The notes beneath the pieces are model-generated. The model did no database searches. It saw only the letters and a program-made list of their open reading frames with translations, and had not been told where the DNA came from. Source: Chloroflexota bacterium (GTDB lineage: Bacteria > Chloroflexota > UBA11872 > VXOZ01). Taken from it: a stretch of 64,000 nt of DNA. Location of the stretch: NCBI GenBank assembly GCA_965220045.1, contig OZ244803.1, positions 1,601,585-1,665,584 on the forward strand. The letters run 5' to 3'. The position numbers were made by a program, and so were the translations under genes. Of this stretch, positions 53,520 through 64,000 are shown in pieces (within the stretch, counting starts at the first letter, position 1; each line of letters starts with the position of its first letter).

Positions 53520-56300
53520 CTAACTCTCCACCACACTCCCCTTGTCCGCTAGCAAATTGCGCAGCACGTATTGCAGCACACCGCCATGGCGATAGTAGTC
53601 CACCTCAATCGGTGTATTGATGCGCGCCGTCGCCGTGAAGGTCTTCTCGCTACCGTCAGCATCACGCGCGCGGACGGTCACCGTCTTGCGTGGCGACAAG
53701 CCTTCCGCAATGCCTTCTATCGTGAAGGTCTCGTGCCCGCTCAGCCCCAACGACTCCGCGGTCTCCCCTTCGCTGTACTGCAAGGGCAGCACACCCATGC
53801 CTATGAGGTTGCTGCGATGTATGCGCTCATAGCTTTCGGCAATTACGGCGCGCACGCCGAGGAGTACCGGACCCTTGGCCGCCCAGTCGCGGCTCGAACC
53901 CATGCCATAGTCCTTGCCTGCCAGGAGTATGAGAGGCACGCCATCTGCCTGGTATTGCACGGACGCATCGTAGATTGTCGTTTCGGTCTCATCGGGGAAG
54001 TGCAGCGTCCAGCCGCCTTCTCTCGACACGAGTTGGTTGCGCAGCCGCACGTTCGCGAACGTGCCGCGCATCATCACTTCGTGATTGCCACGCCGCGAGC
54101 CGTACGAGTTGAAATCTCTGGACTGCACCCCCTGCGCGACGAGGTACTTGCCGGCAGGGCTATCTTTGGCGATGGAACCCGCGGGCGAAATGTGGTCGGT
54201 GGTTACCGAGTCACCGAGCACTGCCAAGACGCGAGCGTCAGCTATGTCCGCCAACGATCCCGGCTCCGCCTCCATACCGTCAAAGAACGGCGGCTGGCGC
54301 ACATAGGTTGAGTACTCGTCCCAGGCAAAGAGCGTACCTTCCGGCACTTCCAGTGTTTCCCACTCCGCCATGCCCTCGAACACCTTGTCATATTGCTCGC
54401 GGAACATCTCCGCATCCACCACCTGTGCCATGGCGTCGGCGATCTCGCGCTGGCTCGGCCAAATGTCGCGGAGATAGATTGGCTGACCCGTCTCGCCATG
54501 ACCAATCGGATCGTTCGTGAGGTCGGTGTTGACCGTTCCCGCCAGCGCGTAGGCCACGACCAGCGGCGGAGAAGCAAGATAGGAGGCGCGCACCAGCGCG
54601 TGGATTCTGCCTTCGAAGTTTCGGTTGCCGCTAAGCACGGCCGCCACCGCCAACTCATGGTCGCTGATCGTCTCTTCCAACGGCTCTGCCAAGGGGCCGC
54701 TGTTACCGATACAGGTCGTGCAGCCGTAGCCGACGAGATGGAAGCCCAGCGCTTCCAGATGCGGCACCAGGTCGAGTTTCTCCAAATAATCCATTACCAC
54801 CCGGGAGCCGGGGGCCAGGCTCGTCTTGACCCAGGGCTTGCGCCCGATTCCTGCCGCCACGGCGTTCTTCGCCAGGAGGCCGGCGCCAATCATGACGGCT
54901 GGATTGGAGGTGTTCGTGCAGCTCGTAATGGCCGCGATCACCACGGCGCCCTCGCCAATTCTGGCGGGTACGCCGTCCAGCGAAACATCGACGGTCGCGG
55001 CCGGATCCGCGATAACGACCGAACTGTCACTCCCCGTAGCAGTGGCCGCGGTGGGGCTGTCATTTGCGGTACCGTTGCCGTTAGTCCCGGCAAACTTCTC
55101 GGGATAGGCATCGATAAAGCTCTGTCGCACGCCCTGCAAAGCCACGCGGTCCTGCGGGCGCTTCGGCCCGGCGAGGCTCGGCTCGACTGTGGCTAAGTCA
55201 AGCTCCAAGGTACTTGTGAACATCGGCTCCGGTTCCGCAGGCCGATAGAACATCCCTTGTTCCTTGCAATAGGCCTCAACGAGTTGGACCAACTCTTCGT
55301 CGCGTCCGGTGAGGCGCAGGTAACGGAGCGTTTCGTCGTCCACGGGAAACATGCCCACGGTGGCTCCGTATTCCGGCGCCATGTTGGAGATCGTCGCCCG
55401 ATCCGGCAAGCTCAAAGAGGCCATACCCGGCCCGCAGAATTCAACGAACTTGCCCACTACACCGTGCTGACGCAGCATCTGCGTTACCGTGAGCACGAGG
55501 TCGGTGGCGGTCGCGCCCTCCGGGAGTTGGCCGTTCAAGCGAAAGCCGACGACTTCCGGCAAGAGCAGCGAGATCGGCTGGCCGAGCATTACGGCCTCCG
55601 CTTCGATGCCGCCCACACCCCAGCCGAGCACACCGAGACCATTGATCATCGTCGTATGTGAGTCGGTGCCCACGAGCGAATCCGGATAGGCCGCGAGCTC
55701 GCCGTCGCGTGTGTCGGCAAAGACGACCCGGCCGAGGTACTCCAGATTCACCTGGTGCACGATACCCGTATCGGGCGGCACAATGCTGAAGTTGTCAAAA
55801 GCCTTCTGCCCCCAGCGGAGAAAAGCGTAGCGCTCCTGATTGCGGGCAAATTCGCGCTGGGCATTGATGGCAAAGGCTTCCGGCATGCCGTATACGTCCA
55901 CCTGCACCGAGTGATCGATGATGAGATCGGCGGGTTGCAGGGGATTGATGCGGTCGGGATCGCCGCCCAAAGCGCCAATCGCTTCCCGCATTGCCGCAAG
56001 GTCAACAACGGACGGCACGCCGGTAAAATCCTGCAGGATTACGCGGGCGGGAGTAAAGTTGATTTCGCGTGCCGCCGTCTGTTGCGGCGTCCAATTCGCC
56101 GCCGCGACCACGTCATCCCGCATCACCGAGCGTCCGTCTTCAGTACGCAGTAAGCTCTCCAACAGTACCTTGATGGAGAAGGGAAGCCGCGCCACGTTGC
56201 CGATTCCTGCTCGCTCTAGCGCGGCAAGACGGTGGATTGCGTAGGCGCTCTCACCGACCTTCAGTATGGACTTACTATCGAAGCTGTTCGCAGTGCTCAT
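53520..56300 (-). CDS. acnA: Aconitate hydratase A
   Basis: 927 aa, full-length aconitase pattern (Fe-S ligand Cys regions, [22 protein letters not shown]-terminus, SGNRNFEGR). Start reassigned to the internal ATG (MSTANSF) with GAGGAA RBS. The track's 5' extension overlaps the divergent gene region. Confidence 0.9.
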   Translation of the reverse strand: MSTANSFDSKSILKVGESAYAIHRLAALERAGIGNVARLPFSIKVLLESLLRTEDGRSVMRDDVVAAANWTPQQTAAREINFTPARVILQDFTGVPSVVDLAAMREAIGALGGDPDRINPLQPADLIIDHSVQVDVYGMPEAFAINAQREFARNQERYAFLRWGQKAFDNFSIVPPDTGIVHQVNLEYLGRVVFADTRDGELAAYPDSLVGTDSHTTMINGLGVLGWGVGGIEAEAVMLGQPISLLLPEVVGFRLNGQLPEGATATDLVLTVTQMLRQHGVVGKFVEFCGPGMASLSLPDRATISNMAPEYGATVGMFPVDDETLRYLRLTGRDEELVQLVEAYCKEQGMFYRPAEPEPMFTSTLELDLATVEPSLAGPKRPQDRVALQGVRQSFIDAYPEKFAGTNGNGTANDSPTAATATGSDSSVVIADPAATVDVSLDGVPARIGEGAVVIAAITSCTNTSNPAVMIGAGLLAKNAVAAGIGRKPWVKTSLAPGSRVVMDYLEKLDLVPHLEALGFHLVGYGCTTCIGNSGPLAEPLEETISDHELAVAAVLSGNRNFEGRIHALVRASYLASPPLVVAYALAGTVNTDLTNDPIGHGETGQPIYLRDIWPSQREIADAMAQVVDAEMFREQYDKVFEGMAEWETLEVPEGTLFAWDEYSTYVRQPPFFDGMEAEPGSLADIADARVLAVLGDSVTTDHISPAGSIAKDSPAGKYLVAQGVQSRDFNSYGSRRGNHEVMMRGTFANVRLRNQLVSREGGWTLHFPDETETTIYDASVQYQADGVPLILLAGKDYGMGSSRDWAAKGPVLLGVRAVIAESYERIHRSNLIGMGVLPLQYSEGETAESLGLSGHETFTIEGIAEGLSPRKTVTVRARDADGSEKTFTATARINTPIEVDYYRHGGVLQYVLRNLLADKGSVVES

Positions 56301-56519
56301 CCAATTCCTCAATCCCGTAACAAGGACCAATCGCAGATACCATGAATTCGTCGCGTTCTGACTAGAGGATACTATATTGCGTGCTTTCCAACACGCGGCC
56401 GCGGCTGCGACCGGCCGCCAGCAAGCCTCACCGTACGCCGGTTGTAGCGGACAAGCTTGAGGAGTATAGTTTTCCCAGGCAAGGCACACGCATTGCAAAT
56501 GTATGACAAGGTACCTTCT

Positions 56520-57347
56520 ATGCAACTTTCGCTTTCGGGACGAATCGTCGAAGCCGAACACATCAAGACAAACGCGTCACTCGACTTTACGGAATTTGCC
56601 GAACTCGCCGCCCGTGTGGGGTTCCACGCCGTTTGTGTCCGCTCCACGCACCTGAATAGCGCGACTCCGCTGGAACGCGCGCGGGAGATGCGCGGTATCT
56701 TGGAGAACAACGGGCTCGTGGCTTCGATGGTCATGCTGGATTCCCGCGTGGCGAACCAGGGCACGGCTCCCGATGCGGCTGCGCCGCTGCGCAATATCAC
56801 GCCGACACTCGAACGCGCTACCGCGATTGGCGCCGACATGATTCGCGTGGCAATTAAAAGCGCTGAGGACATCCCAGTGGCGCAACGCGCCGCCGATGAA
56901 TCGCGCGAGCACGGCATCCAGCTTGCCCATCAGAATCACACGAAGACTCCCTTCGAGACCGTTGCCGACTGTATGGAAATGTTCGAGCGCATTAACCGAC
57001 CAAACATCGGGCTCATCGCCGAACCGGCGAATTTCATGCTATGCGGCGAAGCGTATGATGCGGAAGCTCTCAGACCCCTCGCCGCTTCCATCTTCAACGT
57101 CTATGTGCAAAACCTGAGCGTTTCGGAATCCGGTTCATCTACCATTGAGACCAATCGCGGCGCCGTGCGCTACGACCGTCTCGTCATCGGCGATCCGGGC
57201 GGCGTCGATATGGCGCTCTTTTGCGACGGGCTGCGGGCGATTGGCTACGACGGTTTCCTCACCTCAAACCAACCGGCAATCGCGGAAGCTTCAGCGGATG
57301 AGCTGGTTGAGCAAGTGTATGCCGCCCTTGCGAGTTGCGTCCACTAG
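56520..57347 (+). CDS. Sugar phosphate isomerase/epimerase (xylose-isomerase-like TIM barrel)
   Basis: TIM-barrel AP-endonuclease-2-like pattern (FHAVCVRS...GADMIRV...QLAHQNH...IAEPANF). An alternative start at 56499 is possible. Confidence 0.6.
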   Translation: MQLSLSGRIVEAEHIKTNASLDFTEFAELAARVGFHAVCVRSTHLNSATPLERAREMRGILENNGLVASMVMLDSRVANQGTAPDAAAPLRNITPTLERATAIGADMIRVAIKSAEDIPVAQRAADESREHGIQLAHQNHTKTPFETVADCMEMFERINRPNIGLIAEPANFMLCGEAYDAEALRPLAASIFNVYVQNLSVSESGSSTIETNRGAVRYDRLVIGDPGGVDMALFCDGLRAIGYDGFLTSNQPAIAEASADELVEQVYAALASCVH

Positions 57348-57599
57348 CGGTCAGCGCTGCGCACCAAGTGCTCGATTGCATCCAGCATGCCATGTGTTGC
57401 CCTTGGGCCCCTCTGCCGGAACTGCGACCGCGACAAACTGCGCTCGCGAGGACCTGTCGATGTAAAAAGGGGCGAAAGGCCTCGACAATTACGGCGCGCT
57501 TGTACAGACGCTGTCGGGTAACGCTATACTATCGGCAACAGACATGCGTAGCGCTTCAAGAAAGAACATCAGCAATTCTCGCAATGGAAGGGAACAACC

Positions 57600-58016
57600 A
57601 TGGCATCGACACTCGTCCACATTGGTGTGCGCGCCAGCGACATTGACAAAACTATTCGCTTCTGGCGCGATGCGCTCGGGCTCGAAGTGGTCAACGAGCT
57701 CCACCACGGTTACGATCTGAGCGACGGCTACCACAACTTTCGCGTCTTTCAGCACGAGGGGCCGGACCGACCCGCGCACGTGTCCGGCATGTTGGACTAC
57801 CTGCACATCGGCGTAAAGGTCGCGGACCTGGCGGAAGCGGCCACGCGGCTCGACGACATGGGTTACGAGATCTTCTGGGAAGGCGTGAGCTCAGGTCATG
57901 AGTACGAATATGATCCCTCCAAGCCGCCTTCCGGTTCGTTCAAAGTGGAAGACCCTGACGGCATCGTGGTGGACGTCACCGCCAGCGATGATCAATGGCC
58001 GGGGGTGGAACTTTGA
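57600..58016 (+). CDS. VOC-family (glyoxalase-like) protein
   Basis: LVHIGVRASDIDKTIRFWRDALGLEV ... LHIGVKVADL, the paired betaalphabetabetabeta modules of the VOC fold. Confidence 0.65.
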   Translation: MASTLVHIGVRASDIDKTIRFWRDALGLEVVNELHHGYDLSDGYHNFRVFQHEGPDRPAHVSGMLDYLHIGVKVADLAEAATRLDDMGYEIFWEGVSSGHEYEYDPSKPPSGSFKVEDPDGIVVDVTASDDQWPGVEL

Positions 58017-59110
58017 GCAACCAATACCGGGTCGCCATCATCGGCACCGGCCGCATGGGCGGCCTTATAGAGGACGAGCAAGACATCCGGGGCTACATGA
58101 CGCCCTATGGCCACTTTCCCAGCTATGACGCCATGCCCGAAACCACGGTGGTCGCCGTAGCAAACCGGGGCAAAGAGCGCCTGGAACGGTTTTGCCGGCG
58201 CTTCGGCGTGACCAATGCCTATCTCGACTATCGCGAGATGATTGAGAAAGAGAAACCGGACATCGTCAGCGTGACCACGCCGTCGTTTGCTCGGGCCGAA
58301 CCAATCATCTTCTGCGCGGAGCACGGCGTAAAGGGCATCTTCGCCGAGAAGGGCCTGTGCGCGTCGCTGGAGGAGGCCGACCGCATCCATGAGGCAGTAA
58401 CCCGTAACAACGTCGCCTTCAACTGGGGCGCCATGCGGCGCCACCACGACGCCTATAAGCGCCTGCGCGCCGCCATACTTGACGGCGCCATCGGCAAGCC
58501 GCTGCATGCTGTTATGTACTATTGGACAGACATCATCAAGCACCACCCGCACACCATAGACCTCGTCAGCATGCTGCTGGGCGATCCTAAGCCGACGTGG
58601 GTCGAGGGACGGTTAGTCGATCCGAACGATCCTCGCGTGATAGGCAACGAAAAGGCAACCGCACCCTATGATGCCGAGAAGCACGCCTTCGTGCCGAATC
58701 CTGGACAGGAAATCGCTGATCCCCAGGTGGATTTTTTCCGCGTTGGCTACGAGACCGGGCAGGAAGGCTTTTTCATTCCGACGCCGAGATCGTTTGACGT
58801 GGAAGTTCGCGGCACGGAAGGGCGGGCGCTTGCCTTTGACAACGGCATCAACACGCGCATTCAGCGGCCCTTGCGGCGCGGTGACGAATTGGAAGAGACG
58901 ACCATCCATGCCACCGGTTATGCCCCAGGCATAACGAACATTCGCAACATCATCCGCGAAGTCGAGACCGGCGAGAGAACCGACGGCAATATCGACGTTA
59001 CGCTGCAAGCCGTGGAAGCGCAATTTGGTATCGCGTATTCGTCCTTACAGGGCGGCGCGCGCGTTACTGTGCCAGTAACAGATCGGAGCCTTTATATTCC
59101 AGGTGGCTAG
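58010..59110 (+). CDS. Gfo/Idh/MocA-family oxidoreductase
   Basis: YRVAIIGTGRMGG Rossmann motif, FAEKGLCAS (EKP-equivalent). Start tentatively at the TTG giving LSNQYRV; the track's ATG at 57995 would overlap the VOC gene by 22 nt. Confidence 0.65.
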   Translation, partial: TLSNQYRVAIIGTGRMGGLIEDEQDIRGYMTPYGHFPSYDAMPETTVVAVANRGKERLERFCRRFGVTNAYLDYREMIEKEKPDIVSVTTPSFARAEPIIFCAEHGVKGIFAEKGLCASLEEADRIHEAVTRNNVAFNWGAMRRHHDAYKRLRAAILDGAIGKPLHAVMYYWTDIIKHHPHTIDLVSMLLGDPKPTWVEGRLVDPNDPRVIGNEKATAPYDAEKHAFVPNPGQEIADPQVDFFRVGYETGQEGFFIPTPRSFDVEVRGTEGRALAFDNGINTRIQRPLRRGDELEETTIHATGYAPGITNIRNIIREVETGERTDGNIDVTLQAVEAQFGIAYSSLQGGARVTVPVTDRSLYIPGG

Positions 59111-59362
59111 TACAGTCGATGTGCCTCGTCCACCTTGCGAAGACTCAAGGCAGGTGGTCAACGACACTGGCGTGAGGGTCCGCCAAGAATGGTGCTGACA
59201 GGAAACCATAGAGCACCGATAAAGATGGATTTCCAATCTCACTGGAATCAAGGTTTCAATCACACCCGCACAATAACGGCCTCAGTCAGGTACTGGGACC
59301 AATGGATTGGCAGTAGCTAGCGTTGCGTGAGCCGCACATCACAGACAAAAGGAGATAGAAAC

Positions 59363-60439
59363 ATGGCAGAGACGTACCGCGCGGCGCTTATCGGCTGCAG
59401 CCGCATGGGGGCGTTCATTGACAACGAGGTGACAAAGAATCACGCGATCCGGTTGCCGTATTCCCATGCCGCCGGCTATGAAGCCTGCGAGCGCACCGAT
59501 CTCGTTGCGGGAGCGGACTTGCGCGGAGACGTGCTGGAGAGGTTCGGCGCGCGGTACAACGTGGAATCAGACCATTGGTATACCAACTACCGCGATCTCA
59601 TTGCTCAAGAGCAACCGGACATTGTCAGCATAGCCACGCAGCCGGAGCAGCGCTGCGAGATCATCCTTCACGCTATCGAGCAGGGCGTCCGTGCGCTTTA
59701 TGTCGAAAAGCCGCTCTGTGCCTCCGTTGCCGAGGCCGAGGCCATTCGGGATGCCGTCAAAGCAAATAACGTTGCCTTCAACATGGGTACCAACCGGCGC
59801 TATCACAATGGTTATGCGGCCATGCGCGCGAAAATTGAATCCGGTGACTTCGGCAATCTCCGTTCCGTGATCTCGTTCTCAACGGGTAATTTTTTCAACA
59901 CGTCGAGCCACTTCTTCGACGTGCTTGTGTACCTAAACGGCGACGTGCCGCCGCAGTGGGTGCAGGGCTATGTGTTCAAGTTCGATGAGTTGGTAGTGGG
60001 ATCTGAGGTCTTGGACGACCCTGCGGGCACCGGCATCATCGGGTTTCAGAACGACGTATTCGGCTATGCCGTGGACAGTTCCCGGCGCACCGAGTTTGAG
60101 GCTATCTGCGCCAGCGGCGTTATCACAGGCTACAACAACGGCATGGAATTCCGTACGCGCACACACGATCGTGACGAGTCCGAGGATGCGCCAAGTCTCG
60201 TCTTTGACAACACCAGTTCAACCTTGAATCTTGTAAAGGACCTCGTGCACGCGCTAGACACCGGCGAACCGACCCGCGGCGGCGCGGAAGTGGCGTACTG
60301 GAATACCCAGATCATCTTCGGCTTTATCGAGTCCCATCGTCGCGGCGGAGCCCGCGTAGAACTGCCCTTGACGGATCACGACCTCCGTTTCATCCGGCGC
60401 GACCATGTAGCACGCCAGCCTAAGTACCAGCCCGGCTAG
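59363..60439 (+). CDS. Gfo/Idh/MocA-family oxidoreductase, tandem paralog A
   Basis: YRAALIGCSRMGAF, YVEKPLCAS. About 75% identical at protein level to 60758-61834. Confidence 0.75.
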   Translation: MAETYRAALIGCSRMGAFIDNEVTKNHAIRLPYSHAAGYEACERTDLVAGADLRGDVLERFGARYNVESDHWYTNYRDLIAQEQPDIVSIATQPEQRCEIILHAIEQGVRALYVEKPLCASVAEAEAIRDAVKANNVAFNMGTNRRYHNGYAAMRAKIESGDFGNLRSVISFSTGNFFNTSSHFFDVLVYLNGDVPPQWVQGYVFKFDELVVGSEVLDDPAGTGIIGFQNDVFGYAVDSSRRTEFEAICASGVITGYNNGMEFRTRTHDRDESEDAPSLVFDNTSSTLNLVKDLVHALDTGEPTRGGAEVAYWNTQIIFGFIESHRRGGARVELPLTDHDLRFIRRDHVARQPKYQPG

Positions 60440-60624
60440 GGCCTTGCAGCCGGCCTTCGTCATTTCCCGCTGTAGCGGGGGATCTCGGCCGGTCAAGCAA
60501 TATGTCGTTGAAACCTCATTGGTAGCGTAGAATGGAGGCAATGCTCTCCTGGGTCCAGTAGCCCTTGTTTTTTGGGCGCTCATCCGCGGTCGAAATTCAG
60601 CCTGAATTGAGGATAGGATGGGTT

Positions 60625-60650
60625 CCCGCTTTCGCGGGAACGACGGTCTC
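60625..60650. other. Palindrome GTTCCCGCTTTCGCGGGAAC about 110 bp upstream of paralog B (candidate operator)
   Basis: 8-bp arms around a TTTC centre. The same half-sites (CGCGAAAGCGGGAAT / ATTCCCGCTTTCGCG) occur in the 37.2-37.4 kb element. A partial copy (CTTCGCGGGAATGAC) lies about 100 bp upstream of the 63203 gene. Confidence 0.4.
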
Positions 60651-60757
60651 CGAGTTTACACATTCCTTAGACAATAGCGATCAGTAGCCAAGGCACCGGT
60701 GCAATGAAATCCACAATTGCCGGTACTGAAGCATTGCTTACATGAGGAGTTTCCATT

Positions 60758-61834
60758 ATGGCAATAGTGTACCGCGCCGCACTTATCGGCTGCAGCCGCA
60801 TGGGAGCGTTCATTGACAATGAACACCAAGACTATCGCCCGATACCGCTGCCGTATTCCCATGCCGCCGGCTATGAGGCCTGTCCGCGCACCGATCTCGT
60901 AGCGGGGGCCGAACTCCGACCGGAAGTGCTGGAGAAGTTTGGTGAACGCTACAATGTGGGGCCCGATCATCGGTATACCGATTACTGCGAGTTAATTGAC
61001 AACGAACAGCCCGATATCCTCAGTATCACCACGCAGCCGGAGCAGCGCTGCGAGATAATCCTGCATGCCATCGAGGCCGGCGTTCGTGCGCTTTATGTTG
61101 AGAAGCCCCTCTGTGCCTCGGTCGCGGAGGCGGAAGCCATTCGCGATGCTGTGCGCGCCAACAACGTCGCCTTCAGCATGGGCACCAACCGCCGCTGGCA
61201 CAATGGATTCACGGCTATGCGCGCCAAGATTCACTCTGGAGATTTCGGCGAGTTGCGCACACTCATAAATTACTGTACCGGCTCATTCTTCAATGGGTTC
61301 AGTCACTCCATCGACCTCTTCATGTACCTCAATAACGACGTGACGCCGCAATGGGTACAGGCCTATGTCTTTGAATTCGATGAGCTCGTTGTAGGCAGCG
61401 AAGTACTGGAAGACCCGGCGGGCACAGGCACCATAATGTACGCAAACGGGGTCTTCGGCTATGGCCTGGTTAGTCCCAGGCGCGCCGAGGTCGAGGCGGT
61501 ATGCGACACCGGTATGATTGAGGCGTTGGACAACGGCGTGGAATTTCGTACGCGCAGCAAAGAAATGGATTCATCCGAGGACGGGCCAAATCTCGCATAC
61601 GAGCAGAAGAGTTCGACGCTGCTCCTCATTGAAGATCTCGTCCACGCGCTCGACACGGGCAAGCCAACCCGCGGCGGCGCGGAAGTGGCGTATTGGAATA
61701 CCCAGGTCATCTTTGGCTTGATCGAATCGCACCGGCAGGGAGGCGCGCGGGTGGAGCTACCCCTCACCAATCACGATTTGCGCTTCATTCGCCACGGTCG
61801 CGCCGCTAGCCAACCGACGTACACGCCAAATTAG
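60758..61834 (+). CDS. Gfo/Idh/MocA-family oxidoreductase, tandem paralog B
   Basis: Same motifs as paralog A. GAGGAG RBS. Confidence 0.75.
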   Translation: MAIVYRAALIGCSRMGAFIDNEHQDYRPIPLPYSHAAGYEACPRTDLVAGAELRPEVLEKFGERYNVGPDHRYTDYCELIDNEQPDILSITTQPEQRCEIILHAIEAGVRALYVEKPLCASVAEAEAIRDAVRANNVAFSMGTNRRWHNGFTAMRAKIHSGDFGELRTLINYCTGSFFNGFSHSIDLFMYLNNDVTPQWVQAYVFEFDELVVGSEVLEDPAGTGTIMYANGVFGYGLVSPRRAEVEAVCDTGMIEALDNGVEFRTRSKEMDSSEDGPNLAYEQKSSTLLLIEDLVHALDTGKPTRGGAEVAYWNTQVIFGLIESHRQGGARVELPLTNHDLRFIRHGRAASQPTYTPN

Positions 61835-61931
61835 CGGCAATCTAGCAGCGACCCATCAAGAGCCGGACAGCGACTACAAAGCCAGTTCAGAGTGACGACA
61901 AGTCTCATCGAAGCGAAAGGCGTTAAGGACT

Positions 61932-62909
61932 ATGTCTGACATGATGTGGCGGGTTGGCAAGCATGAGGGTCTGGGCAACATCGTGATGGAGCAGGTGCCC
62001 ATTCCCGATCCCGGCCCTAAAGAAGTGCTCGTGCGCGTCCATAGGAGCCTTATCAGCCGCGGCTCGGAGCTGTGGAGACGCTATGTCATGCCCGGGCCGG
62101 TGGACCCCCGCAGCATGGGATATTCGACAGCGGGCGTCGTCGAGAAAGTCGGCACTGACGTAACCTGGTTTGCGCCCGGCGACCGCGTCTCCTGCACGGC
62201 GCCCCACGCGGAGTATGCGATTGGCGAAGCGAGTGCCGCCGCAAAGCGGCGGTTAGTGCATCTCCCGGACGACGTGCCATTTGTTGACGGGACGTTTCAG
62301 CCCCTTGTCACCAGCTCCATTGGCTGGACTGCCGCCGCCGGCATTCAACCGCAGCACACGGTGGTTATTCTGGGACTTGGCTTGGTCGGCAATCTCGTCA
62401 TGCAAGCCGCGACCCGCTTCATGTCCGGGCAGCTCTGCGGCATCGACATGTTGCCGATTCGCCGCCGGCTGGCCGAAGAGCGAAACATGGGGACTATCAT
62501 CGACGGCGCCGCGCGCGATCCGGTTGAGTCTGTCCTGGAGATTACGGACGGAAAAGGCGCGGACATTGTGATCGATTGCGTCGGCGGACGCGCGGGCGTC
62601 AAGTCATTTGAGCAAGCCCAGGACATGCTGGTTCTCGGGGGCTTGCTGCAGATCATCGGCCTCTACCACGACGGCCCGCTACCGCTGGACGCCAGCAAAA
62701 TGCAGCGCAAGCGCCTGATTGGCGGCTATCTGGCCGAAACTGACGTAGATGCCATGGCCCGCGCGGCGATGGAGGCGCTCTCCAACGGCCTTGAGCAAGT
62801 AGCGCCGCTTGTTACCCATCACTTCCCGGGTAACCGGGCGAAAGAAGCGTTTGACCTGCTCTACGAACACCCTGAAGACGCCATGGGCGTCATTCTGGAG
62901 TGGTCGTAA
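61932..62909 (+). CDS. MDR-superfamily (zinc-type alcohol dehydrogenase-like / quinone oxidoreductase-like) dehydrogenase, paralog 1
   Basis: GroES-like N-domain (VLVRVHRSLISRGSE), Rossmann GLGLVGNLVMQAA. AAGGA RBS. Confidence 0.7.
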   Translation: MSDMMWRVGKHEGLGNIVMEQVPIPDPGPKEVLVRVHRSLISRGSELWRRYVMPGPVDPRSMGYSTAGVVEKVGTDVTWFAPGDRVSCTAPHAEYAIGEASAAAKRRLVHLPDDVPFVDGTFQPLVTSSIGWTAAAGIQPQHTVVILGLGLVGNLVMQAATRFMSGQLCGIDMLPIRRRLAEERNMGTIIDGAARDPVESVLEITDGKGADIVIDCVGGRAGVKSFEQAQDMLVLGGLLQIIGLYHDGPLPLDASKMQRKRLIGGYLAETDVDAMARAAMEALSNGLEQVAPLVTHHFPGNRAKEAFDLLYEHPEDAMGVILEWS

Positions 62910-62934
62910 CTGGAAAGAGACCGGTTGCGCGTCG

Positions 62935-63012
62935 GCTCCGGTAGCGCTGGTTTGCAACCCGCGGAGAAGCACCCTCACCCTAATCCTTTGCCTTGAGGGG
63001 CCTTTGCGCAAC
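62935..63012. repeat. Family-B/C composite repeat between the duplicated MDR genes
   Basis: CCGGTAGCGCTGGTTTGCAACCCGCGG followed by CACCCTCACCCTAATCC and TTGCCTTGAGGGGCCTTTGCGCAACC: an inverted version of the 9.87-9.96 kb element. Confidence 0.6.
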
Positions 63013-63202
63013 CCAATCCCCATGATGGAGGAAGGCCGGGAGTGGAAAGGCTAGGGACGGACAATATGCTAGCTAGTAGTGTAAGCACTCCTCTGGCTTC
63101 GCGGGAATGACGGCCATGTCACTTTGCCTTCCCATTTCCAATTCCGCAGAGCGAAAACTAGCAGTCGAATTGTGCTTTTCGTAACTAAAGGATGGGAATT
63201 CG

Positions 63203-64000
63203 ATGTCTGACATGATGTGGCGAGTTGCCAAACATGAAGGTCTGGGCAATGTCGTGATGGAGCAGGTACCCATACCCGATATCGGCCCCAATGAGGTGCT
63301 CGTGCGCGTCCATAGGAGCCTGATCAGCCGCGGCTCGGAACTTTGGAAGCGCTACGTCGACCCCGGGCCGATCGATCCCGGCAGGATGGGGTATTCAACC
63401 GCGGGCGTCATAGAGAAAGTGGGCAGCGAAGTAACCTGGTTTGCGCCCGGGGACCGCGTCTCCTGCGCCGCGCCTCACGCGGAGTTCGCCGTTGAGGACG
63501 CCGGGGCCGCCGTCAGCAGGCGTTTGGCGCGACTGCCGGATGACGTGCCTTTTGTCGACGGCACCTTTCAAATCCTCGTTACGAGTTCCCTTTGCTGGAC
63601 TGCCGCCGCCGGCATTCAACCGCAACACACGGTGGTTATTTTGGGGCTCGGCTTGGTCGGCAACCTCGTCATGCAAGCCGCGACCCGCTTCATGTCGGGG
63701 CAGCTCTGCGGCATCGACATGTTGCCGATTCGCCGCAGGCTGGCCGAAGAGCGAAACATGGGAATCATCATCGACGGCGCCGCCCGCGATCCGGTGGAGT
63801 CCGTGCTGGAACTCACGGACGGGAAGGGCGCGGACATCGTCATCGATTGCGTGGGTGGGCGGGCCGGAGTGAAGTCTTTTGCGCAGGCGCAAGATATGCT
63901 AGTTGCCGGCGGCTTACTACAAGTAATCGGCCTCTACCACGACGGCCCGCTGCCGCTGGACGCCAGCAAAATACAGGGCAGGCGCCTGCTTGGCGGCCAC
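63203..64000 (+). CDS. MDR-superfamily dehydrogenase, paralog 2 (3' end beyond the window)
   Basis: ATG with AAAGGATGGG RBS. Translation MSDMMWRVAKHEGLGNVVMEQVPIPD... is about 85% identical to paralog 1. A 170-nt stretch (about 63565-63745) is about 95% identical at nucleotide level to 62300-62480. The frame is open to the window end. Confidence 0.7.
   Translation, partial: MSDMMWRVAKHEGLGNVVMEQVPIPDIGPNEVLVRVHRSLISRGSELWKRYVDPGPIDPGRMGYSTAGVIEKVGSEVTWFAPGDRVSCAAPHAEFAVEDAGAAVSRRLARLPDDVPFVDGTFQILVTSSLCWTAAAGIQPQHTVVILGLGLVGNLVMQAATRFMSGQLCGIDMLPIRRRLAEERNMGIIIDGAARDPVESVLELTDGKGADIVIDCVGGRAGVKSFAQAQDMLVAGGLLQVIGLYHDGPLPLDASKIQGRRLLGGH

Noticed and set aside
53520-56561. 1013-aa version of the aconitase ORF (track start at 56561)
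   Set aside because: The first 87 codons ([26 protein letters not shown]...) have no aconitase homology, poor composition and overlap the divergent promoter region. An internal ATG with a GAGGAA RBS gives a standard 927-aa AcnA.

Overview
This is a high-GC (~63-65%) bacterial chromosomal window that is almost entirely protein-coding, with about 55 genes and no rRNA, tRNA, CRISPR array or recognisable transposase/integrase. It has three parts. (1) Positions 1-12 kb: a HEPN/MNT toxin-antitoxin-like pair, an amidohydrolase, and a co-directional DNA-end-processing cluster (SbcD/Mre11, SbcC/Rad50, a NurA-like nuclease, an unrecognised 198-aa ORF and a HerA-like FtsK-superfamily ATPase), interrupted by an HpcH-family aldolase gene. 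(2) Positions 14.6-26 kb: a TCA-cycle supercluster (sucC, sucD, a two-subunit 2-oxoglutarate:ferredoxin oxidoreductase korAB, a type-E-like succinate dehydrogenase sdhA/sdhB plus an HdrB-like CCG-domain subunit, mdh). Aconitase sits separately at 53.5-56.3 kb. (3) Positions 26-64 kb: mixed metabolism (CoA-transferase, thiolase, acetoacetyl-CoA-reductase-like SDR, split transketolase, many Gfo/Idh/MocA oxidoreductases, MDR dehydrogenases, sugar-phosphate isomerase, an orphan ABC substrate-binding protein). The last 6 kb contains recent tandem gene duplications. The intergenic space is filled with at least three families of short palindromic dispersed repeats (REP/MITE-like). One repeat copy lies inside what reads as a disrupted HMA (CopZ-like) metal-binding gene. 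Tandem paralogous small membrane proteins (48.98-49.72 kb) and a structured palindromic element (37.2-37.4 kb) are also notable. The ORF track uses GTG/TTG as alternative starts, so I corrected several starts from internal RBS/ATG evidence. I derived CDS coordinates from the supplied ORF track by amino-acid offsets. Coordinates of non-CDS elements are approximate (+/- a few bp).
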